Of a stretch of 64,000 bases of DNA, positions 58,184 through 64,000 are shown one piece after another. Below the pieces are notes generated by a model. It did not search any database. It saw only the letters and a program-made list of their open reading frames with translations, and was not told where the DNA came from. Made by a program: the position numbers and the translations under genes. Positions within the stretch are counted from its first letter, which is position 1; every line of letters begins with the position of its first letter. Origin of the DNA: Candidatus Microgenomates bacterium. GTDB lineage: Bacteria; Patescibacteriota; Microgenomatia; UBA8517. The stretch covers positions 67,479 to 131,478 of the forward strand of contig JBEKQV010000002.1 in assembly GCA_049519355.1 (NCBI GenBank), read 5' to 3'.

Positions 58184-58250
58184 TTGACAGAAAAGACTCT
58201 TTTCTATAGAGTTAAATGTAATGATTCATATCATTACAGCATATGAATCA
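58184..58250 (+). promoter_or_regulatory. Promoter with palindromic spacer and two alternative leader hairpins
   Basis: TTGACA-17-TAGAGT, with inverted repeats at 58189-58205, 58217-58238 and 58222-58250. Confidence 0.65.
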
Positions 58251-59301
58251 GAAGTTTCCCCTAGCGCTTTCCTACGATGATGTTCTTCTGTCCCCCCAAA
58301 TATCTCAAGTTCAAAGCCGGTCGGACGTAGACTTATCCACGCAAATTTCACCACACGTGAGACTAGCAATTCCACTCATCAGTATAAACATGACCGATGT
58401 TACGGGGGTCGAGATGGCAATAGAGCTCGGAAAGCTAGGTGGCCTGGGATTCTTGCCAAGATTTGAAACTCCCGAGAAACAGGCGGACATGGTAAAAGCG
58501 GTTAAAAAGGAAGGGGTGCCTGTTGGCGCCGCTGTCGGATGCAAAGAAGGCTATTTGGAACGGGCAGAAATGCTTGCAAACGCCGGAGCGGACATAATTA
58601 CTCTTGATGTCGCTCACGGAGGAATGACACAGGCGATTGAAGCAACAACAAAACTAAAAAGAAGCTTCGGGAAAAGGGTTGATATTATTTCAGGAGTGGT
58701 CGGTACTTACGAAACTGCTTATGCACTTTTTAAGGCAGGTGCTGATTCGGTCCGTGTAGGGGTTGGACCGGGAACAATTTGCATAACAAGAATTCAAACA
58801 GGTGTCGGCGTTCCTCAAATAACAGCGGTCCTTGAGGCGGCCAGAGCCGCCAGACGCTTTGGCAAAACAATACTTTGCGACGGCGGAACAAAAAATTCCG
58901 GCGACATTGTTAAAGGATTAGCTGCCGGGTCCTCGGCAGTGGTTATCGGCAGCCAGTTTGCAGGACATAAAGAAACCCCGGGAAAACTAATCGTCATGAA
59001 TGGGCTAAAGTACAAAACTTACAACGCGTCAACTTCTCTAGCCGAAAAACGGATTCACACCAAAAAACTTAAGGGGTTGGCAAAAGATTATACAAATCAC
59101 ATTGAAGGAGTCGAGAGTGTTGTCCCCTATAAGGGTCCTCTGAAAATAAGCATCGAAAATTGGACTGCTAACATTAGATCCGGTCTATCCTATTGCGGGG
59201 CCCGAAACATACCGGAACTTTGGAAAAAAGCAAAATTCTTAAGGATTAGTCCATTAGGAATTAGGGAAAACGGCGCACACGATGTGATACTTGCAAGCTA
59301 A
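58243..59301 (+). CDS. IMPDH/GMP reductase family, CBS-less; probably GMP reductase
   Basis: GVGPGTICITR catalytic Cys, DGG, EGV. Has SINM and YNASTS, and lacks the IMPDH YRGMGS and Arg-Tyr flap dyad. Confidence 0.85.
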   Translation: MNQKFPLALSYDDVLLSPQISQVQSRSDVDLSTQISPHVRLAIPLISINMTDVTGVEMAIELGKLGGLGFLPRFETPEKQADMVKAVKKEGVPVGAAVGCKEGYLERAEMLANAGADIITLDVAHGGMTQAIEATTKLKRSFGKRVDIISGVVGTYETAYALFKAGADSVRVGVGPGTICITRIQTGVGVPQITAVLEAARAARRFGKTILCDGGTKNSGDIVKGLAAGSSAVVIGSQFAGHKETPGKLIVMNGLKYKTYNASTSLAEKRIHTKKLKGLAKDYTNHIEGVESVVPYKGPLKISIENWTANIRSGLSYCGARNIPELWKKAKFLRISPLGIRENGAHDVILAS

Positions 59302-59328
59302 GCCGCTATATTCAATAATGAAGTACCG

Positions 59329-59886
59329 ATGCTTAAAAACCTTGGAACATTCTTTCTTGATATCTTAGAAGTAATCGTATTCGCAGTCGGAATTTTCTTC
59401 TTTGTTTACCTACTCATCATGAGACCTCATAAGATCAGTGGCCAATCGATGATGCCAAATTTTCCCGACGGTGAATATCTTCTTACCGAAAAAGTTACTT
59501 ATTATCTTAGAAACCCCGAAAGAGGCGACGTTGTTGTTTTTACACCTCCTGTTTCCAATACCGACGAATATATTAAAAGGGTGATTGGTCTTCCGGGTGA
59601 AACAATTATGGTACAAAATGGTCAAGTTTACATTAACGATAGACTTCTATCTGAACCATATCTCAAAGACACTGTTGTAACCCAAGGCGGTACGTTCTTA
59701 GCCGACGGACAGGAATACCAAATCCCGCAAGGTGAATACTTCGTTATGGGCGACAACCGTCCGAATTCTTCGGATTCAAGGTATTGGGGCCCAATAACCA
59801 AACCGGTCATAAGTGGCCGGGCGTGGATAGTTTATTGGCCCGTCAGCAATGCGGGAGTCGTTCCAAAACCTCAGTACAATTTCTAA
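59329..59886 (+). CDS. lepB: Signal peptidase I
   Basis: GQSMMP, YIKRVIGLPG, GDNRPNSSDSR. Confidence 0.95.
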   Translation: MLKNLGTFFLDILEVIVFAVGIFFFVYLLIMRPHKISGQSMMPNFPDGEYLLTEKVTYYLRNPERGDVVVFTPPVSNTDEYIKRVIGLPGETIMVQNGQVYINDRLLSEPYLKDTVVTQGGTFLADGQEYQIPQGEYFVMGDNRPNSSDSRYWGPITKPVISGRAWIVYWPVSNAGVVPKPQYNF

Positions 59887-59894
59887 TTAAACAA

Positions 59895-60737
59895 TCAAGA
59901 GGTGACGGATTTATAGATTTTTTGAAGTGTTTGTTCTGTTTCTTCCAAACCGCCTTTGAGAATAAATACTATTCTGGTTTCTCTTCTTGATCTTATAAGT
60001 TTAACGGAATTTTTCTTTGAACTTTCATCACCGTCTACTTGATTTTCAAGAGCTTTTTCCAAATCCGCCTGCATTTTATCAATCTCCTCAGAAACGATAC
60101 GTACATGTGTATCCGGTGCTCGGGTTTCTTGCTGAGATTTTACCTTCATACGCCTGGCAAGTTCTTCTGCACGTCTTACCGAGCCGCTCTCGCGGAGAAT
60201 AATCTTATAAGCCTCAATCATCAAATTACTGTCATCAATTGCCGCCAAAGCCCTTGCATGACCTTCACTGATTAAACCTGAAAGAAGTCCGTCCTTAAGT
60301 GCGTCCGGAAGTGACAATAGTCTTAAGGAATTGCTGACATAAGCAACACTTTTCCCAATTCTTACCGCAATTTCGCTTGTCGTCAAACCAAACTCATTCA
60401 TTAAACGCTCAAATCCTTTTGCCCTGTCAAGGGGATTCAAATCAACTCTCTGCACATTTTCAACCAAGGCCATTTCGAGCATGCCTTTGGGAGATGTTTC
60501 CCTAATAATTGCGGGAACGTGGGTTAGCCCTGCCAACTTTGAAGCGCGCCATCGTCTCTCACCCGCAATAATCTGAAAACCTGCCGGAGTTTTTGCAACA
60601 ACCAAAGGCTCCAAAATACCGTGTTCACGAATTGAATCAACCAAATCAACTAAACTTTCCGGAGTAATGGCACCACGAGGTTGAAGAGGATTTGGCTGTA
60701 GTTGATTTATCTCGATTTGTATTACTTCTTCGGCCAT
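59895..60737 (-). CDS. parB: ParB/Spo0J partition protein
   Basis: PNPLQPR, IAGERRWRA, ENVQR, HTH, GHARAL. Confidence 0.94.
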   Translation of the reverse strand: MAEEVIQIEINQLQPNPLQPRGAITPESLVDLVDSIREHGILEPLVVAKTPAGFQIIAGERRWRASKLAGLTHVPAIIRETSPKGMLEMALVENVQRVDLNPLDRAKGFERLMNEFGLTTSEIAVRIGKSVAYVSNSLRLLSLPDALKDGLLSGLISEGHARALAAIDDSNLMIEAYKIILRESGSVRRAEELARRMKVKSQQETRAPDTHVRIVSEEIDKMQADLEKALENQVDGDESSKKNSVKLIRSRRETRIVFILKGGLEETEQTLQKIYKSVTS

Positions 60738-60738
60738 T

Positions 60739-60990
60739 TTATTTAGAAACTACAGAAACAACCTTCTTGCCTAATTTCTTACCTATCTTTATTTTTCCGT
60801 CGGAAATTGAATAAAGACTGTGATCCCTTCCTTCTTTAACACCGACTCCTTTTGTAAATGTTGTGCCTCTTTGACGGATTAAGATTTGGCCTTTTATAAC
60901 TTTTTCCCCATCAGAAACTTTAGCACCAAGTCTCTTACCCGCCGGACTAACATGTTGTGAAGCTTTTCCTCCCGCTTTATGCGTTGACAT
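60739..60990 (-). CDS. rpmA: 50S ribosomal protein L27
   Basis: THKAGG, RLG, IRQRGT, GRDH. Own TTGACA-17-TATATT promoter. Confidence 0.95.
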   Translation of the reverse strand: MSTHKAGGKASQHVSPAGKRLGAKVSDGEKVIKGQILIRQRGTTFTKGVGVKEGRDHSLYSISDGKIKIGKKLGKKVVSVVSK

Positions 60991-61059
60991 ATGTGTTCAG
61001 GACAATATAAAGGAAGTTTTCACAGTTGTCAAGAGGTCAGAGAGTTATAGTTTGATACC

Positions 61060-61365
61060 CTAACCGATTTTTTCAACCAGCAGTCTGGTATATTGGGGTC
61101 TAAATCCTGTGTGTCTCTTGTATCTGCTTTTGGCCTTGAATTTATAGATTTCCACCTTTTCTCCTTTTTCTACTTCCGTTACAACTTTAACTTTTACGGA
61201 AGCATCTTTAAGGGTTGGTTTACCTATACTGACTTTGTCTCCATCCGTAACCATAAGGACTTCAATACCAAATTTTTTAGGATCGGTAAGTTTATCGACA
61301 AGAATCTCCTTGCCTTCTATAGCTTTGTACTGTTTGCCGCCAATTCTTAAAATTGCGTACTTCAT
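61060..61365 (-). CDS. rplU: 50S ribosomal protein L21
   Basis: MKYAILRIGGKQY...KSRY...GFR. Start reassigned to ATG 61365. Confidence 0.95.
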   Translation of the reverse strand: MKYAILRIGGKQYKAIEGKEILVDKLTDPKKFGIEVLMVTDGDKVSIGKPTLKDASVKVKVVTEVEKGEKVEIYKFKAKSRYKRHTGFRPQYTRLLVEKIG

Positions 61366-61432
61366 ATGTCGGTATTTTACCACTAGGCTGTGTGGGTGGC
61401 AAGCTCCGTTTTAGCTTATAACCTACTGTTGA

Positions 61433-62485
61433 TTACTTTTTATAGGCTCCCAGAGCAACCCCCAAACCTATCATTGTCGCCAAAAGGGACGACCCTCCTT
61501 CGGAAAGAAGAGGAAAAGGAACGCCTGTTATCGGCAAAATCCCCATATTCATTCCCACATGAACAAAAATTTGTGCCAAATATATAAGGAAGAATCCGGA
61601 AATATAGGCCCTCGCCGCGGGGGACGTCGACCGTTCCAAAAAGTGTATTAAACTGAGAAGAATTATAAAACTGGCTAAAAGCACAAGACCTGCCCCCAGA
61701 AAACCCAGTTCTTCGGAAATCGTTGCGAAAATAAAATCAGTTTGTTTCTCGGGTAAGAATGACAACTGAGTTTGAGAACCCCTACCTATACCCGTACCGA
61801 AAAAGCCCCCCGATCCTGCAGCAATCGTCGATTGAAGGCTGTTGTAACCGGCTCCTAATGGATCACTGCCCGGCTCCATAAAATTTAATAGCCGTTGTCT
61901 TTGATAAGGTGCCAAAAAATTCCAAAAAAGCGGAATGAGAACCACTATAACGCCAATTCCGATAAAAAGATATTTCTTATCAAACTTACTGGCCAAGATT
62001 ATACCGATAAAACCCACAACCGTTAGTATCGCCACACCCAATGACGGTTGCACAAAAATTAAAAAAACGGGAAGAAGGAGAAGCCCTATGGCTTTCAGTA
62101 GTTTGGGAATCGTAATTTTTCCCTTTACAAGGTAATTCGAGAAAAAAATAAGCAAAAAAGGTCTGACAATTTCGGCCGGCTGGAGACTAAACGGTCCGAC
62201 AGGAATCCATCGGATTGTTCCTCTGGTCACCCGACCAATAATAATTGTCAAAAGCAATAATAAAATACTGACAATATAAAAGTGGTTTGAGAAAAGAGAA
62301 ATGATATCAAAATCTATTTGTGAAAAAAACCAGAAAGCGAGAAGAGCTAAAACAACATAGACAAAATAAAGTGGAAATAAAGACGGGGAAAGAGAGTTAA
62401 GCATAACGACACCAAAAATGACGAGAAAGAAGACGGAAAGAGCAAGATATAGATCTTTTGTCAAAAAACCGAAAAATGAACGCAT
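61433..62485 (-). CDS. rodA: SEDS family peptidoglycan glycosyltransferase (RodA/FtsW)
   Basis: RWI...QPAE, YQRQR, FLPEKQTDFIF, PITGVPFP. Confidence 0.88.
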   Translation of the reverse strand: MRSFFGFLTKDLYLALSVFFLVIFGVVMLNSLSPSLFPLYFVYVVLALLAFWFFSQIDFDIISLFSNHFYIVSILLLLLTIIIGRVTRGTIRWIPVGPFSLQPAEIVRPFLLIFFSNYLVKGKITIPKLLKAIGLLLLPVFLIFVQPSLGVAILTVVGFIGIILASKFDKKYLFIGIGVIVVLIPLFWNFLAPYQRQRLLNFMEPGSDPLGAGYNSLQSTIAAGSGGFFGTGIGRGSQTQLSFLPEKQTDFIFATISEELGFLGAGLVLLASFIILLSLIHFLERSTSPAARAYISGFFLIYLAQIFVHVGMNMGILPITGVPFPLLSEGGSSLLATMIGLGVALGAYKK

Positions 62486-64000
62486 TTACGAAGATTTTAT
62501 CACTCTAAATACACCTTTTTTAAGATTTAAGATTTGAGCCTTTTTTATCATCCATTGAGTAAGTTCCTTACTCTCCGGAAGTTTATCCAAACTGACGTTC
62601 ACCTTCTGAGTAAGATCTAACCCCAATCTCTTTCTTTCGTCTTGTATCTTTCTTATCAAGTCTCTAACTTCCGCTTCTTCCTTAAGCTCCGGTGTGATTT
62701 TTGTGTTAAGTTTAACCACAATCTCCCCCTTACCCTCCTTAAATGTCACTTCTTTTATATTCAGCTCATCCAAAAGAAGTTTCGTTAGTTCTGAAGTTTG
62801 CAATTTGAAATTCTCTACCTCTAACTTTAGAAGGGGCTGCCTAACGGGAATCCCCAGTTCTTTTCTGATGGCATGTGTTTTTTCAACAATCTCGCGGATT
62901 TTTTGCATCTCATCTATTAAACCGATAGTTTTAGTACCAAGATCCTCCTGTAACTCGGGCCAGTCGGACAAATGAATCGATTCCTCTTTCGTTAGATTCC
63001 TGTAAATAGATTCTGCCATAAACGGAGTAAAAGGAGCCATTAATCTGGTAAGATTCTGCAACACAAAATAAGTTGTCGTATAAAAACCTTCGCGGTCCTT
63101 TGTACTTTCCGCTGACGGCCCTACTCTATCACGCGAGCGCCTTACATACCAAAGTGACAAATCGTCAACAAATTTTTCAATTTCTCCGCTCGCCGAAAAG
63201 GCATCATACCTATCAAGCGCCCGAGTCACCAGAGTGATTGTTTGAGTAAGCCTTACCAAAATCCATTCGTCCAGAATATTCCGTCCGCTTAGTTTGGACC
63301 TTCTGTTTTTGGGAGGCCGCCAGCCATCTAGATTGGAGTAAGTAATAAAAAAATTATAAACATTCCAAAGTTTGAGGTGAAATTTTCTTCTTACCTCATC
63401 TCCTCCTTTATAACTAAAGATTATATTTTCCGCCGGGTTTTGTCGTGCAAACATCCAGCGCATCACATCCACCCCAATTTTATCGGCGCCTTCGCCAAAC
63501 TCAATCATATTACCCGAACTTTTATGCATGACACGTCCGTCTTCTCCTAAAAGAGTCCCAAATCCCAGAACTGTTTTGAATGGATTTGTGTCTTCCAAAA
63601 CCGTACTCATAGCTATCATTGCATAAAACCAATTCTTGAACTGTCCCGGGAAACTTTCGGTAATAAAGTCCGCGGGGAACCATTTTTGCCAATCTTCCTT
63701 ATCACTTAAATATGAAGGTTTGGTGGAAGTTTCTTCGAAACCGCAGGCTTTATTACCCTCACTAATTGTAGAAAATGGAACTATTCCTGCATCAAGCCAC
63801 GGGTTTCCTACCGGCTCTACCCTGGACACAACATTGCCGCACTTGGAACATTTTATTTTTACGGAATCGATTTGGGGTTTATGGGGAGTCTTGCCGTTGA
63901 ATTCTTTCCATCCCTCAACGGCACGTTCCTTAAGTTCGTCTTTAGAACCAATCACTTCAAAATTGTGACACTTCTTGCACTCCCAGATCGGTAAAGCCAA
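62486..64000 (-). CDS. ileS: Isoleucyl-tRNA synthetase (C-terminal part, runs off window end)
   Basis: WLDAG, FPADFITE, KMSKS-like VMHKS, anticodon domain WYVRRSR, IQDERK. Confidence 0.92.
   Translation of the reverse strand: MALPIWECKKCHNFEVIGSKDELKERAVEGWKEFNGKTPHKPQIDSVKIKCSKCGNVVSRVEPVGNPWLDAGIVPFSTISEGNKACGFEETSTKPSYLSDKEDWQKWFPADFITESFPGQFKNWFYAMIAMSTVLEDTNPFKTVLGFGTLLGEDGRVMHKSSGNMIEFGEGADKIGVDVMRWMFARQNPAENIIFSYKGGDEVRRKFHLKLWNVYNFFITYSNLDGWRPPKNRRSKLSGRNILDEWILVRLTQTITLVTRALDRYDAFSASGEIEKFVDDLSLWYVRRSRDRVGPSAESTKDREGFYTTTYFVLQNLTRLMAPFTPFMAESIYRNLTKEESIHLSDWPELQEDLGTKTIGLIDEMQKIREIVEKTHAIRKELGIPVRQPLLKLEVENFKLQTSELTKLLLDELNIKEVTFKEGKGEIVVKLNTKITPELKEEAEVRDLIRKIQDERKRLGLDLTQKVNVSLDKLPESKELTQWMIKKAQILNLKKGVFRVIKSS

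Noticed and set aside
11270-63968. Numerous 60-150 aa antisense or alternate-frame ORFs inside conserved genes
   Set aside because: Fully nested in well-supported CDSs or tRNAs with no recognisable motifs.
1-64000. CRISPR array, rRNA, IS elements, introns/inteins, recoded stop codons, parS
   Set aside because: No spaced repeats, transposase, interrupted conserved genes or consensus parS seen. TGA and TAG both terminate conserved genes.

Overview
Compact, AT-rich bacterial chromosome segment (genetic code 11). Gene content and style suggest Patescibacteria/CPR, probably Microgenomates (inference). About 1361-10710 is a ~9.3 kb integrative element at the 3' end of tRNA-His. It carries a large serine recombinase, two unannotated small genes, an HTH replication initiator with internal iteron-like boxes, a structured ~250 nt leader ending in a terminator, a TIR/NDT-like protein, an XRE regulator with operator-like palindromes, a type III restriction-modification pair and a stand-alone FtsH-type (M41) peptidase. 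The att site lies inside the recombinase 3' end, so excision is predicted to swap the enzyme's C-terminus. The rest is housekeeping: uvrABC/lexA, ppsA-eno-gpmI and sugar-phosphate genes, holA, ruvC, sod, rplS, dnaE, gatCAB, htpX/lemA, polX, four more tRNAs, a glycosylation cluster, an IMPDH/GMPR-family gene, lepB, parB, rplU/rpmA, rodA and partial ileS. Notable non-island signals: two mutually exclusive hairpins upstream of a probable GMP reductase that may form a start-site-selection switch, pervasive leaderless promoter architecture, a probable CTG start codon, and a duplicated gene 3' end reused as the next gene's N-terminus. All product calls come from motif recognition, not database searches.
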